DNA from: a bacterium
Lineage (GTDB): Bacteria; Patescibacteriota; Saccharimonadia; Saccharimonadales; SZUA-47
DNA: 46,921 nucleotides
Direction: 5' to 3'
Assembly: GCA_030430915.1 (NCBI GenBank)
Contig: JAUIKH010000002.1
Coordinates: 1 to 46,921, forward strand
Part shown: positions 28,005 to 38,055 of the stretch, in pieces
Layout: every line of letters begins with the position of its first letter
How positions within the stretch are numbered: the first letter of the stretch is position 1
Made by a program: the position numbers and the translations under genes
Notes under the pieces: model-generated
Seen by the model: only the letters and a program-made list of their open reading frames with translations
Databases searched by the model: none
What the model was told of the DNA's origin: nothing

Positions 28005-28859
28005 TTAATTGAACCACTTTTTGTTTTTTACAACTTTTAGCATAATGAAATCTAGAGGAAATATAATAAGAGAGACCAAGAACCCAGCTATTGCTACCGG
28101 TACAGACAATAGATGAGAGCCAATTCTTTCAACCATAGGGATTCTAAACTTTAAAGGAGCTGGTAAGTTACCAAGCTCTTTGTGTAATTTCTTGGTTTTA
28201 TTTCGTAGTTTTGAGTAGTGAATAAATTTTGGGATATAACGGAAAGATTGGTTATCAGAGTAAGTTAGCAGGTCATTAGCTTGAATTATTTTATGACTAT
28301 TGCTGACTATCCATAAGGCAACATCTTGATCTTCATGCACCATTGAATCGTCTAGGCAAACTACATCTTTTACTTCTAGCCAAGCACTCTTTGTGATTGC
28401 CATATTTCCGCCCCATGTTGTTATCGTGCCGAAAATCCCGTGAACATTCCAGTAATAACTCCGCAAAAATAATGTAGTTTTTGGCCATTTTAAAATAGGG
28501 AGAAGTGAAGTCTTGCCGAGCCCCGTTATGCCACACAGTTCGCTATCATTGCTAAAATAATTTACTAATTTTTCTACCCAATCATTATTTAGCCTTGTAT
28601 CTGCATCAATTCTGCCTAGTATTTGATTTTTTGCTGCGTTAAAGCCAGCTGAGCGAGCATGAGCTCGGCCTTGGTTCTTCTCCGTTACTATGGTTACAAA
28701 TTCATATTTTTTAGCTATTTCAATTGTTTTATCTGAACAGTTATTATCAACAATTATAACCTCGTCTGGTAAAACATTTTGAGTTGCAATACTATCAAGA
28801 CACCCTCTAATGTGGTGTTCCTCGTTGTAAACAGGTATAATTAAACTAACCTTAAGCAT
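28005..28859 (-). CDS. Family 2 glycosyltransferase
   Basis: MLKVSLIIPVYNEEHHI...VIIVDNNCSDKT...RIDADT. I prefer the start at M30 of the track ORF, the canonical GT2 N-terminus. Confidence 0.85.
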   Translation of the reverse strand: MLKVSLIIPVYNEEHHIRGCLDSIATQNVLPDEVIIVDNNCSDKTIEIAKKYEFVTIVTEKNQGRAHARSAGFNAAKNQILGRIDADTRLNNDWVEKLVNYFSNDSELCGITGLGKTSLLPILKWPKTTLFLRSYYWNVHGIFGTITTWGGNMAITKSAWLEVKDVVCLDDSMVHEDQDVALWIVSNSHKIIQANDLLTYSDNQSFRYIPKFIHYSKLRNKTKKLHKELGNLPAPLKFRIPMVERIGSHLLSVPVAIAGFLVSLIIFPLDFIMLKVVKNKKWFN

Positions 28860-28878
28860 AAAAAAGTGATTACCTACA

Positions 28879-30021
28879 TTGAAGCATAACAAACAAGCTA
28901 ACAAGTCTAAAGTAACTTCGAAGAAAAAGGTTGCTAAACCAGCCAAGATTTCGAAGTTAAAGCATTTTTTTGCAGAGACATTATGGAAAGACAGAAGCCG
29001 TAAGGGTAAGTTATTTGTAATTCTTGTCTACATATCTTTGTTTTTAACAGTAACGTCTTATGGAATATCACAGTGGTATACCTTTAGGCATAAAGATCGA
29101 CCTTTAGTAATCGGGGCTACTTTCATACCTGACTATGCAAGATACTTTAATCTAGACCCCAAAGAGACTATGCAAGCAATGATAGATGATTTAGGAATAA
29201 AACGATTCAGACTTGTATCATATTGGAAAAATCATGAGCCAGCAGATGATAAGTATGATTTCACTGAGCTTGATTGGCAGTTTGACATGGTTGAAAAAGC
29301 CGGCGGCGAAGTGTCGCTAACATTGGGCCTAAGACAGCCCAGGTGGCCAGAATGCCATGGACCTGCTTGGGCCATGGAAAAACCAATCGAACAATGGTCT
29401 AAAGATTTGAATGAATATATGGGAGCCGTAATTGACCGATACAAAGACCGTGATGTATTAGTTGAATATCAGTTAGAAAATGAATACTTCTTAAGTGTTT
29501 TTGGTGACTGTCCAGATCACAGCCGGGAGAGACTAGTCGATGAGTTTAACTATGTAAAAGCTAAAGACCCGACAAGACCACTAATTGTTAGCCGAAGCAA
29601 CAATGCAACTCCTAGCTGGCCTGTAGGGGAGCCAAGAGCTGATATAGTTGCGGCATCTATCTATAAACGGGTATGGGATAAAACCGTAACGAATAGGTAC
29701 TTTGAATATCCTTATCCGGCTTGGTTTTATGGTTTCTTAGCGGGAGCTACAGAACTAACGACAGGTAGAGACACAATTATCCATGAATTACAGACTGAGG
29801 CATGGCTGCCTGAAGGCTACAGCATGGTTGATGCACCGATAAGTGAGCTTTATAAATCATTTAACCCTGAACGTGTAAAAGACAGGATAAATTATGGCGT
29901 AGCGACTGGTATCAGAACCATAGATATATGGGGTGTTGAGTGGTGGTATCAAATGAAAACTAAACGTAATGCTCCCGAAATCTGGGATAACGCTAAGGAA
30001 ACCTTGGAAAGTTATAGATAA
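28879..30021 (+). CDS. Membrane-anchored TIM-barrel glycoside-hydrolase-like protein (GH5/GH42-like NEY motif)
   Basis: An N-terminal basic tail and TM segment are followed by RLVSYWKNHEP..., the acid/base-like motif YQLENEYF, and WGVEWWY. TTG is the only available start, so the start is uncertain. Confidence 0.5.
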   Translation: MKHNKQANKSKVTSKKKVAKPAKISKLKHFFAETLWKDRSRKGKLFVILVYISLFLTVTSYGISQWYTFRHKDRPLVIGATFIPDYARYFNLDPKETMQAMIDDLGIKRFRLVSYWKNHEPADDKYDFTELDWQFDMVEKAGGEVSLTLGLRQPRWPECHGPAWAMEKPIEQWSKDLNEYMGAVIDRYKDRDVLVEYQLENEYFLSVFGDCPDHSRERLVDEFNYVKAKDPTRPLIVSRSNNATPSWPVGEPRADIVAASIYKRVWDKTVTNRYFEYPYPAWFYGFLAGATELTTGRDTIIHELQTEAWLPEGYSMVDAPISELYKSFNPERVKDRINYGVATGIRTIDIWGVEWWYQMKTKRNAPEIWDNAKETLESYR

Positions 30022-30027
30022 CCGGCT

Positions 30028-30723
30028 TTACTGTTCTGGAAATATTGAAGGAGTTAGAAGACCAATCGTCTTTTTAGGAGCAAATAATACTTCGTTATGG
30101 TAGTGATTAGGGATTTCGACTGCTGTGATGCCGTTGCCTGCCGCTCGATGCATATTTGCTAACTCTGAAAACCCAAAACCATCTAGCTCTGAATGGACAA
30201 TGGCACGGCCCTCAGGGAAAGATTTCTCACCCTTTGCTATCAAGTCTTCAACAGCGGAATATCCACCACTTATTCTTCTGATTGTAGATATTGAACTAGT
30301 AGGACTGTCTGCCAATTCAAGGCCCGCACCTAGCAAATCTAGTAGTCCAGTCTTGTGTGAACCTACTTCTGGCTCTATAGGATCATTGGCAATTTTTGAT
30401 GCCGCTTTTAATAAGTCTAAGGTAGAAGCTGGTTCTGGAGGGTTTATTGCCACGAACTGCAATGCTTCATCAATCCGCGTACTAGCGGCTGAATGACCAA
30501 AAACAGTGCTTTTTTTCATAACTGACTTTAATAGAGAACTGTCTCGGAGTCTATCTAATCTATTAATAGTAACTACGTCTATATCTTCAAATATATCTAA
30601 ATTATCTATTTCGGATGCCCATTTTTCACCAACCATTTTTCTCTCACTGTGACCAAGAGCAATAATAGCTCTGTCAGATGCAAATTCAAACTTAGGGCCC
30701 ATAGCTACTGGCTTTTCACTCAT
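30028..30723 (-). CDS. Hypothetical protein, possibly an alpha/beta-hydrolase
   Basis: It has a nucleophile-elbow-like VFGHSAAS. The assignment is weak. Confidence 0.45.
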   Translation of the reverse strand: MSEKPVAMGPKFEFASDRAIIALGHSERKMVGEKWASEIDNLDIFEDIDVVTINRLDRLRDSSLLKSVMKKSTVFGHSAASTRIDEALQFVAINPPEPASTLDLLKAASKIANDPIEPEVGSHKTGLLDLLGAGLELADSPTSSISTIRRISGGYSAVEDLIAKGEKSFPEGRAIVHSELDGFGFSELANMHRAAGNGITAVEIPNHYHNEVLFAPKKTIGLLTPSIFPEQ

Positions 30724-30729
30724 TGCAAT

Positions 30730-30738
30730 ACTATAGCA
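30730..30738 (-). promoter_or_regulatory. Extended -10 (TGCTATAGT), 6 nt upstream of the ATG at 30723
   Basis: The minus strand reads caTGCTATAGTattgcaATG. Confidence 0.4.
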
Positions 30739-30751
30739 TGTTTTTTGTATT

Positions 30752-30780
30752 TTGTAAATAAGCTTAACCTCTGTTACACT
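30752..30780 (+). promoter_or_regulatory. Promoter TTGTAA-17-(TGT)TACACT ending 7 nt before the smpB ATG
   Basis: The sequence is TTGTAAataagcttaacctcTGtTACACTtatctacATG. Confidence 0.4.
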
Positions 30781-30787
30781 TATCTAC

Positions 30788-31249
30788 ATGAAAAAGAAAC
30801 AAGACAATACTAAGCGCATATCAAATAAACGTGCCTATTTTGATTATGAATTAGGTGATAGCTTTACTGTTGGTATTGTTTTAAACGGTCGTGAGACAAA
30901 AAATTTAAGGATGGGGCACGGAAACCTTAAAGGAGCATATGTCACGATAAAAGAAGGCGAGCTATGGCTAATAAATGCAACAATAACAGGCAGTCGGGGA
31001 ATCCCAATTGATGAAAATGAGGTAACACAAGCCAGAAAACTATTAGCAAAATCTAAAGAGATTCACAAAATTATTGAAGCAAAACAAAACGGAATGACTA
31101 TCTTGCCAACTGAGATGTTAATAGGCGGACGATTTATAAAGCTTAAAATTGCGCTAGGAAAAGGCAAAAAAAGCTACGATAAACGTCAAGTTATTAAAAA
31201 GAGAGATGATACAATAAATCTGCAGAGAGAGGTAAAATCATGGCGCTAG
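30788..31249 (+). CDS. smpB: SsrA-binding protein
   Basis: ISNKRAYFDYELGDSFTVGIVLNGRETKNLR...GAYVTIKEGELWLINATI...RKLLAKSKEI. Confidence 0.92.
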   Translation: MKKKQDNTKRISNKRAYFDYELGDSFTVGIVLNGRETKNLRMGHGNLKGAYVTIKEGELWLINATITGSRGIPIDENEVTQARKLLAKSKEIHKIIEAKQNGMTILPTEMLIGGRFIKLKIALGKGKKSYDKRQVIKKRDDTINLQREVKSWR

Positions 31250-31737
31250 AAGAAAAAGCAATAATAGTTGACGAAGACGACAACGTTATTGAATTCGTGC
31301 CAAGATCTAAAGTAAATGGTAGGCGGATCAGAATGACGGCCATCTGGATAGAAGATAGTGATGGAAATGTTCTGATCCATAAAAGAAGTAAGCAAAAATC
31401 GAATTGGCCAGGATACTGGGAGAATGCGGCGGCTGGGGGAGTTGCCCATGATGAATCCTATGAAGAAAACGCTTATAAAGAATTGGAAGAAGAGATAGGG
31501 GTTAAGGGAGTTGAGCTCGAGTTTGTTGCAAAAACGCGGTTTGATACAAAAAACGGAGAGCGATATTGTAGCTGGTATAAAGCAGTGGTTAACTTGCCAA
31601 TAGAAAAATTTGAACTTCAAGAATCTGAAGTAGAAAAAGTAGAGTGGGTTAAAAAACAAGCTTTGCTTGAGGACCGTGATAAAAATCCAGATAAATACAT
31701 GCCATCTTCGCAGATGTGGCGAAAACTATTTGCTTAA
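31240..31737 (+). CDS. NUDIX hydrolase
   Basis: The Nudix box is GGVAHDESYEENAYKELEEEIGV. It overlaps smpB by 10 nt. Confidence 0.8.
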   Translation: MALEEKAIIVDEDDNVIEFVPRSKVNGRRIRMTAIWIEDSDGNVLIHKRSKQKSNWPGYWENAAAGGVAHDESYEENAYKELEEEIGVKGVELEFVAKTRFDTKNGERYCSWYKAVVNLPIEKFELQESEVEKVEWVKKQALLEDRDKNPDKYMPSSQMWRKLFA

Positions 31738-32438
31738 GAAATCTTAGTTCCGATATTTGCGCCAGCTGCGACTTTTGCGATATTCCCATCGGGTTCAAGT
31801 GTGCAGATAATTACTGGCATTTCTTGCTCCATTGCTAATCCCATCGCAGCTTTATCCATAACTTTAATTTGTGGATTTTCTACAGCATGTTGAAAGTCTA
31901 AAGTATCGAATTTTTTAGCGTCATCATTAGTTTCTGGATCTTTGTCGAATACTCCATCAACTTTTGTGGTCTTTATAACTGCGTCACAGTTCAACTCCAA
32001 AGCTAAACTGACTGCTGCTGTATCAGTAGTTAAATATGGCCTGCCTATACCGCCAGCTACTATTACTACGCGCCCATTCTGAAGGTGTTTCTCAGCTAAA
32101 CGATGAACGAATGGCTCAGCTACTTGTTCAGCAAATATACTACTAAGACACCTGGTTCTGACTTGCTGTGCTTCAAATACGTCAGTTAGAGCTAATGCGT
32201 TCATCATTGTGCCTAACATACCCATGTGGTCGGCTGTGACTCGCTTTATGCCGTGTCCAGCTATCTGAGCACCTCTTACGTAATTACCGCCACCAACCAT
32301 GATAACTATCTGTGTGCCATTTTCTGTTGCTTGTTTGATTTCATTTGCAAGCCAATTGCCTAATTCGGGGTCAAATCCGCTTTCATGCTTACCTGATAAC
32401 TGTTCTCCAGAGAGCTTGAGCAATATTCGCTTATACAT
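31734..32438 (-). CDS. pyrH: UMP kinase
   Basis: YKRILLKLSGEQL, VVGGGNYVRG, DGVFDKDP. Confidence 0.93.
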   Translation of the reverse strand: MYKRILLKLSGEQLSGKHESGFDPELGNWLANEIKQATENGTQIVIMVGGGNYVRGAQIAGHGIKRVTADHMGMLGTMMNALALTDVFEAQQVRTRCLSSIFAEQVAEPFVHRLAEKHLQNGRVVIVAGGIGRPYLTTDTAAVSLALELNCDAVIKTTKVDGVFDKDPETNDDAKKFDTLDFQHAVENPQIKVMDKAAMGLAMEQEMPVIICTLEPDGNIAKVAAGANIGTKIS

Positions 32439-32445
32439 CCTGACT

Positions 32446-32454
32446 ATTGTACCA
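32446..32454 (-). promoter_or_regulatory. Extended -10 (TGGTACAAT), 7 nt upstream of the pyrH ATG
   Basis: The minus strand reads cTGGTACAATagtcaggATG. Confidence 0.4.
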
Positions 32455-32487
32455 GATTAGTCTTTGCATAGTGTAAACTAAGGAAGT

Positions 32488-33282
32488 ATGAAACTTTACT
32501 CATGGAATATAAACGGAATTAGGGCTATATGGAACAAAGGAGCACTTCAAAGTTTTATCGAAGAGCACAACCCAGACATTCTGTGTATGCAAGAGACAAA
32601 AGCACAACAAGATCAGTCTCCTGTAGATTTAGATGAATACGAAGAATACTGGTATAGTGCAGAAAAAAAAGGCTACAGCGGGACAGCAATTTTCAGTAAA
32701 GAAAAGGCACAAAAAGTAGTTTGTGGTTTCTCAGATTCAATAAATAGTAAATATAACTTCAAAGATACATTTGGCGACACATCTAAAGAGGGCAGGGTGC
32801 TAACGATAGAGTTTAAAGATTTCTACGTCTGCACTGTTTATACTCCCAACAGTAAGGGTAATTTAGGGCGACTTGAGCTACGTGAGAAAGTTTGGGATCC
32901 AGCATTTAAAGATCACATCCAAGAGCTTCAGTCTAAAAAGCCAGTTCTAACATGCGGAGACTTTAATGTAGCCCACCAAGAAATTGACCTCGCCAGACCA
33001 AAAGAGAATATTGGAAAACACGGATTCACAAATGAAGAGCGAGAAGGATTTGAAAAATTATTAAACACTGGATTAATTGACACTTTCAGGGAACTTCACC
33101 CGGAGGAACTAGAAGCATACACATGGTGGACTCACTGGGGCGGTTCCAGAGCCAGAAATGTTGGATGGCGTATAGACTACTGGCTAGCAAGTAAAGAATT
33201 AAAATCTCAGATTAAAGAAGCTAATATCCACCCACAGGTCATGGGCAGTGACCATTGCCCAACCTCCATTATAATAAGATGA
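32488..33282 (+). CDS. xth: Exodeoxyribonuclease III
   Basis: MKLYSWNINGIRA, LCMQETK, GDFNVAH, RIDYWL, SDHCP. SD is AAGGAAG. Confidence 0.92.
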   Translation: MKLYSWNINGIRAIWNKGALQSFIEEHNPDILCMQETKAQQDQSPVDLDEYEEYWYSAEKKGYSGTAIFSKEKAQKVVCGFSDSINSKYNFKDTFGDTSKEGRVLTIEFKDFYVCTVYTPNSKGNLGRLELREKVWDPAFKDHIQELQSKKPVLTCGDFNVAHQEIDLARPKENIGKHGFTNEEREGFEKLLNTGLIDTFRELHPEELEAYTWWTHWGGSRARNVGWRIDYWLASKELKSQIKEANIHPQVMGSDHCPTSIIIR

Positions 33283-33294
33283 TATTGAAAAACA

Positions 33295-33864
33295 TTAATC
33301 TTCTGAGTTATCTACGCAGTAGGTAGCGTCTGCAGGCGCAAAACTATCAGTAGGCAGCCAATAGTCGTTTCCGTTTCCATAAGTATTATCACTTAAATCA
33401 CCAGGCTCAAGACCAATGACTACAGCGACCTTACTTCTATCACCTCCTATGGCATCCGTACTACTACTTAGCACGTCTCCATCACACCAAGCACCCCAAA
33501 CCCAATCAATATGCCCAAGCCCTGATATTGAAGGACCCCAATTGATTGTATATTTTTCCCCACCTAGCGGCTCGATAAAGTTTTCATTATTGTTTACATA
33601 CCTGTTACTCCAATCCTCTGCTGCTCCGTGAAATTGATGATAAAATTTATATTGAGCGCCAGGATACTTGCCTCCGTTATGGCTCCGAGCTGTTTCTAGT
33701 TCGGCTAAAAATAGTTCTGCTTGTCTTTTACGTTGGTGATTTCTTACATTTCTCTGAAGTTGGGGTATTGCAAGAAGCGCTATTAGAAGTATTAAAGCTG
33801 CAATAGCAAGAACTATCAACACTTCAATAATTGTAAATCCAGTGTTTTTTAATCTTGTATTCAT
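33295..33864 (-). CDS. Type IV pilin-like protein (prepilin N-terminal cleavage/methylation motif)
   Basis: NTGFTIIEVLIVLAIAALILLIAL has the G|FT(I/L)IE signature. Confidence 0.8.
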   Translation of the reverse strand: MNTRLKNTGFTIIEVLIVLAIAALILLIALLAIPQLQRNVRNHQRKRQAELFLAELETARSHNGGKYPGAQYKFYHQFHGAAEDWSNRYVNNNENFIEPLGGEKYTINWGPSISGLGHIDWVWGAWCDGDVLSSSTDAIGGDRSKVAVVIGLEPGDLSDNTYGNGNDYWLPTDSFAPADATYCVDNSED

Positions 33865-33940
33865 AAAGCTTTAGCACATTCATAATACCAGTTGTTTTTA
33901 TTAAATACTAAATTAGTAAAAATTATTATAAAATTAGTAT

Positions 33941-34729
33941 ATGTTAGATGACTACTGGTTAAAACAAGAAGACGAACCATTGTATGAAGATATTTTATGG
34001 AGTAGGCCAGAATCAAAGACGAGTGCTGGTAAGATGGTAATTATTGGTGGTAATGCACATGGCTTTTCTGCCCCCGGTCAAGCATACAACGTATCGATGG
34101 AAGCTGGAGCAGGCACAAACCAAGTACTGTTGCCAGACGCAGTTAAAAAAATTGTTAAAGGTATGTTGCCTGATGCTGATTTTGCACCCAGCAATCCTAG
34201 CGGTAGCTTTAGTAAGTCAGCGCTTGATTCATTCTTGCAAGCAGCAAAATGGGCTGACCTAGTTTTGCTAGCAGGAGATGTTGGACGAAACAGCGAAACA
34301 GCAATATTATTAGAAAATTTTGTTCAGAAATATAATGGTTTGCTGACATTGACTCAGGATAGCGTAGACTACTTTAAAGAGACACCGAAGCTTATTGTAG
34401 ATAGGGCTGGAACCCTGATTGTTTTAAGCTTAGCTCAACTACAAAAAATTTTTATCAACACACCTTCTATTACTCCAATTACATACAGCATGACAACTCA
34501 GCAACTTGTTGCTGCACTCCACGACTACACCCAACCACATCAGGCATGCATAGTAACCATGCATAATAATCTTTTATTCATAGCTCACAGTGGTAAAGTA
34601 GTGACCCAGAAGCATGAAGATAAAACCTGGAGAGTAAATACTGCTACAAAAGCTAGTGTATTTTGGATGCAAAACCCAAATAAAATATTTAAATCTGTAG
34701 TTAGCTCAAATTATGAAAACGATTCATGA
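33941..34729 (+). CDS. YjeF-C/NAD(P)H-hydrate dehydratase-like (ribokinase-fold) protein
   Basis: GKMVIIGGNAHGFSAPGQAYNVSMEAGAG resembles the GKVLVIGGS...GA...AGAG motif. DLVLLAGDVGRNSET resembles the DAVVIGPGLG segment. Confidence 0.5.
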   Translation: MLDDYWLKQEDEPLYEDILWSRPESKTSAGKMVIIGGNAHGFSAPGQAYNVSMEAGAGTNQVLLPDAVKKIVKGMLPDADFAPSNPSGSFSKSALDSFLQAAKWADLVLLAGDVGRNSETAILLENFVQKYNGLLTLTQDSVDYFKETPKLIVDRAGTLIVLSLAQLQKIFINTPSITPITYSMTTQQLVAALHDYTQPHQACIVTMHNNLLFIAHSGKVVTQKHEDKTWRVNTATKASVFWMQNPNKIFKSVVSSNYENDS

Positions 34730-34743
34730 TTACACAGCCAACT

Positions 34744-34765
34744 AAAAACCGTCCAAAAAGGACGG
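34744..34765 (-). terminator. Rho-independent terminator after tRNA-Leu
   Basis: The minus strand reads CCGTCC-TTTTT-GGACGG-TTTTT, 8 nt after the tRNA 3' end. Confidence 0.65.
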
Positions 34766-34773
34766 CCTTTAGT

Positions 34774-34861
34774 TGGTGCCGCAGGACGGACTTGAACCGT
34801 CACGAGCGTAAAGCTCACAGGATTTTGAGTCCAGCGTGTCTACCAATTCCACCACTGCGGC
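34774..34861 (-). tRNA. tRNA-Leu (anticodon CAA), long variable arm, CCA encoded
   Basis: The reverse complement reads GCCGCAGTGGTGGAATTGGTAGACACGCTGGACTCAAAATCCTGTGAGCTTTACGCTCGTGACGGTTCAAGTCCGTCCTGCGGCACCA. Its layout parallels E. coli tRNA-Leu(CAA). There is one U-U mismatch in the anticodon stem. Confidence 0.88.
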
Positions 34862-34954
34862 TAAACAAAATCTTCGTTATTATACTATAGTTATCAATTT
34901 GATTACAGATGTAGGCGTAAAATTGCTTAACTTTACGCTATAATACTAAAATAT

Positions 34955-36409
34955 ATGAGCTCAACATTGCTACCGAACCCAGATGATGACAATCAAGATC
35001 AACACCATGACTTGAAGGCCAAAAAAGACAAAGTTATACAGCCTCTGAGTCACAACAATGATGAATTAAAAAATCTGGAAGATAAAGGTGTAGATGACGA
35101 TTTATTGCAAGAACTACGTGCAAAAACTGCTGAGTTAGCCAAAAGTGTTAAAGGGGAAGATGAGACAAAAAAAATACTAGACTTAGATGCAGATAAGACA
35201 GATATTGTAGAAGTAAATAGCCCTAAGAATCCAGAAAAGGCAGCTGCAAAAAATAATGTCGACAAACATTCAAAAAACACTACAGACCCAGCTGTAAAGT
35301 TAATAAGAGAGAAACTCTCAAAACTATACAAAAAAGAGCCCGATGCAGCAGAAGAAGCTATAGAGTCATTCCAAGCAGGTGAAAACAGATCAAAACACCA
35401 AGATTTTATGTATAAATTAACTACATCTGGCAAATCTCTGGCAGATATACAAACAGAATGGCACGTATACTACACGAACTTGACCGACCAGGAGAAGCAT
35501 GAGGTATGGAAAGAATTTTATGACACTCAGCAGCAAACCTCAGAATATGCTAAAAAACTACAAAAGAAAGAAAAAATCTCCAAACCAAAAGTCACAACAA
35601 AGAAACACAAGACAACCAGTAAAGTTCTAGATCCAAGAAGTGCCGCAGATATTAAAGCTCATATCCTAGATAAAATAAGTGCAGGTGGGAAGCTTAAAGC
35701 AGGTCATCATGTAAGATCATTAATGTTCGGACTGGCGATGGCTGGAATGGTTGGTCTTTTATTATCTTTTACATTTTTTAACGAGGTATTTATTGCACCT
35801 TTAATCAGCCCCAGTAAATCAGTTAGTGCTACGCCAATAATCGGTTCTCAAGATGGACCTGTTGGGCCAGAACCAAAAATTATCATTCCAAAAATAAACC
35901 TGGAAGTGCCTGTGGTTTTCGACCTAAACAGTACCGCAGAAGATGACATACAGAATGCACTTGAAGATGGTGTAGTACATTACTCAAGTACACCTAATCC
36001 TGGAGAAATAGGTAATTCTGTGATTGTAGGACACTCTAGTAATAACATTCTAAATTCAGGAAAATATAAATTCGCTTTCGTATTATTAAAGAGGTTAGAA
36101 CCTGAAGACACATTTTTTGTTCAAAAGGACGGAGTTAGATACACATATAAAGTCTATAAAAAAGAAATAGTTGGACCCAACGAAACTTCAGTTTTAAGTA
36201 CTCAGGAAAGAGCCAACACAATGACCTTGATCACCTGTGATCCACCAGGAACCTCTATTAACAGATTGATAGTAACTGCCGAGCAGATATCACCAGATCC
36301 AGAAAATAACAAAGCAAGCACAGCAACAAATACGGTTAACAATACTGCCCAGACAGAGCAGTTACCAAGTAATGCACCTAGTTTGTGGTCTAGAATCTGG
36401 CCTTTCTAG
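34955..36409 (+). CDS. Sortase-family transpeptidase with a ~260-aa Lys/Asp-rich N-terminal extension
   Basis: A TM segment (LMFGLAMAGMVGLLLSFTFF) is followed by the catalytic His (VIVGHSSN), TLITCDPPGT (TLxTC) and NRLIV (Arg). Confidence 0.8.
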   Translation: MSSTLLPNPDDDNQDQHHDLKAKKDKVIQPLSHNNDELKNLEDKGVDDDLLQELRAKTAELAKSVKGEDETKKILDLDADKTDIVEVNSPKNPEKAAAKNNVDKHSKNTTDPAVKLIREKLSKLYKKEPDAAEEAIESFQAGENRSKHQDFMYKLTTSGKSLADIQTEWHVYYTNLTDQEKHEVWKEFYDTQQQTSEYAKKLQKKEKISKPKVTTKKHKTTSKVLDPRSAADIKAHILDKISAGGKLKAGHHVRSLMFGLAMAGMVGLLLSFTFFNEVFIAPLISPSKSVSATPIIGSQDGPVGPEPKIIIPKINLEVPVVFDLNSTAEDDIQNALEDGVVHYSSTPNPGEIGNSVIVGHSSNNILNSGKYKFAFVLLKRLEPEDTFFVQKDGVRYTYKVYKKEIVGPNETSVLSTQERANTMTLITCDPPGTSINRLIVTAEQISPDPENNKASTATNTVNNTAQTEQLPSNAPSLWSRIWPF

Positions 36410-36424
36410 TAGAAAATTGAATGA

Positions 36425-37909
36425 CTACCTATCAGCTAGAGTCCTCATAAAACCCAACATTAACCTTGCAGGTGAACCGGCTTTTTCAGGAGGTAAGAAC
36501 GTATACATATCATCTATTGAACTATCAAATATGCTACCTAGCAATGGATCTGACTCTAGAAGTGTGTAGATATTACTTCCATCAAAATCCATCATTATTT
36601 GCTTGCCACCAGAACTAAAAGTGAGGTGTTGACCATCCATCCACCTAGTTTCCTGACCTTTGTCGGGAACTTCTTCTACCTTATAGTTGTAAGACCTTGC
36701 GGCATCAAATTCATGAGAAGCAAATCTTTGACCACCACGTGCCATAATTGTGCTAGAGTCAGATGATATTGCTAGCTCTTCAGGACCGTCAACCCTTAAT
36801 ACTGTAGTAGGAACAGGAATACTTGAAAAATCGTTATCATTAATTGCAGCTATCGGATCATTAAAAACAATTACACGATTTTCAGCTTTCGAACCCACAC
36901 CGATAACTAGTGCATTGCCCAATTTTGACATATCTAGTAGATATTTGGTGTCTTTTTTAATTTCGCGTAGGAGATAATCTTCGCCATCTTTATTTAAAAT
37001 GGCTTTTACATGACCTTCTTTAGCCCCTGTTTCAGACACATAGAGTATTGCATCATTACCGAAAGACGTATAGTCAACTACATCGTTCAGTACTGGTTCA
37101 ATCAATGCGGACGTAGAGTTAGCCCTGAATAATGCTCCGGTGGATGCATAGTGCAGAAATAGTAAGTCTTTTTTACGATCACGCATAGAAACAGAAGTAA
37201 ACTTTTGGTCCTTAAAAACATCTTTAATATTAATACTATTTTCGGGCTTATCTCTGTCAATCAATGCATATTCTACAGATTCTGTAGTCCGGTATTCAGC
37301 CAAAAAAGTTTTATTATCATCTGCCCAATCGAGCACCTTCCAGCTTCCAGGAAGTTTAGTTTTTAAAAGCTCAAGAGGCAAAGGGACTTCTTCTAGATTT
37401 AATGTATCTTTATTTAGATCTAAAACACGCATAATCAGCGGATCATCTTTAAAGGCCATTATTAACCATCTTTTATCAATACTTTGCGATTGCATAGTAG
37501 GAACCGATGGAAGATTTACTGCAAGCTGGTTATCAATATCTTCAGGTACAAGCCTTGCATAGGTTAACCTACGAAGACTTCCTCCTTCTAGTATTAGTTT
37601 TCTGGACCAGTCTCTGTAGCCTTCTCTATATAAAGAAATATCATATTTTCCTTCTGGCACTACTAATCGTGCATCTGTAGAACCTCTTTGCTTTTCGCCA
37701 TTTAGGTAGACTTCAGCTGATTCTGGTTTACTGTCAATATATATCAGTCCATTTTGAATTACTGTACCTGTTGTATTATCTAGATAGTACCCGTTTGTTA
37801 AATAAACAAATATTATAGTCGCGAAACCAATTGCTATACCTAATAGTGCATAGCCCAGCATCAGTCTTGCTCGTTTATTTTTCTTTTTTTTAGGATCGAG
37901 ATAGTCCAT
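36425..37909 (-). CDS. PEGA-domain membrane-anchored protein with a beta-rich C-terminal region
   Basis: An N-terminal TM segment is followed by IYIDSKPESAEVYLNGEKQRGSTDARLVVPEGKYDISLYREGYRDW (PEGA). Confidence 0.75.
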   Translation of the reverse strand: MDYLDPKKKKNKRARLMLGYALLGIAIGFATIIFVYLTNGYYLDNTTGTVIQNGLIYIDSKPESAEVYLNGEKQRGSTDARLVVPEGKYDISLYREGYRDWSRKLILEGGSLRRLTYARLVPEDIDNQLAVNLPSVPTMQSQSIDKRWLIMAFKDDPLIMRVLDLNKDTLNLEEVPLPLELLKTKLPGSWKVLDWADDNKTFLAEYRTTESVEYALIDRDKPENSINIKDVFKDQKFTSVSMRDRKKDLLFLHYASTGALFRANSTSALIEPVLNDVVDYTSFGNDAILYVSETGAKEGHVKAILNKDGEDYLLREIKKDTKYLLDMSKLGNALVIGVGSKAENRVIVFNDPIAAINDNDFSSIPVPTTVLRVDGPEELAISSDSSTIMARGGQRFASHEFDAARSYNYKVEEVPDKGQETRWMDGQHLTFSSGGKQIMMDFDGSNIYTLLESDPLLGSIFDSSIDDMYTFLPPEKAGSPARLMLGFMRTLADR

Positions 37910-38055
37910 TTGTATATTCCTTAATCTTTACTCATTATCTCATAAAAAAGGCGATTGTATAAAAAGATTATGCAAAAAGCTTGCGTTAAATACGTTTGCA
38001 ATATAGGATATTTAGAAGATAGGGTAACAAGATAAAGATAAGGGGTATCAGGCGC

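Noticed and set aside
28860-28946. N-terminal extension of the GT2 ORF (track start 28946). Similar extensions exist for atpG (19692-19724) and the YkgJ-like ORF (3051-3101).
   Set aside because: The family-typical N-termini begin at the internal ATGs (MLKVSLIIPVYNEE; MASTQQIKARI with AAGGAG upstream; MTNK with AAGG upstream). The GT2 extension would also overlap the divergent 28879 gene.
30724-31249. Looked for tmRNA (ssrA) next to smpB.
   Set aside because: The flanking spacers are only 64 nt and 0 nt. There is no room for a ~350-nt tmRNA, and no tRNA-Ala-like acceptor end was seen.
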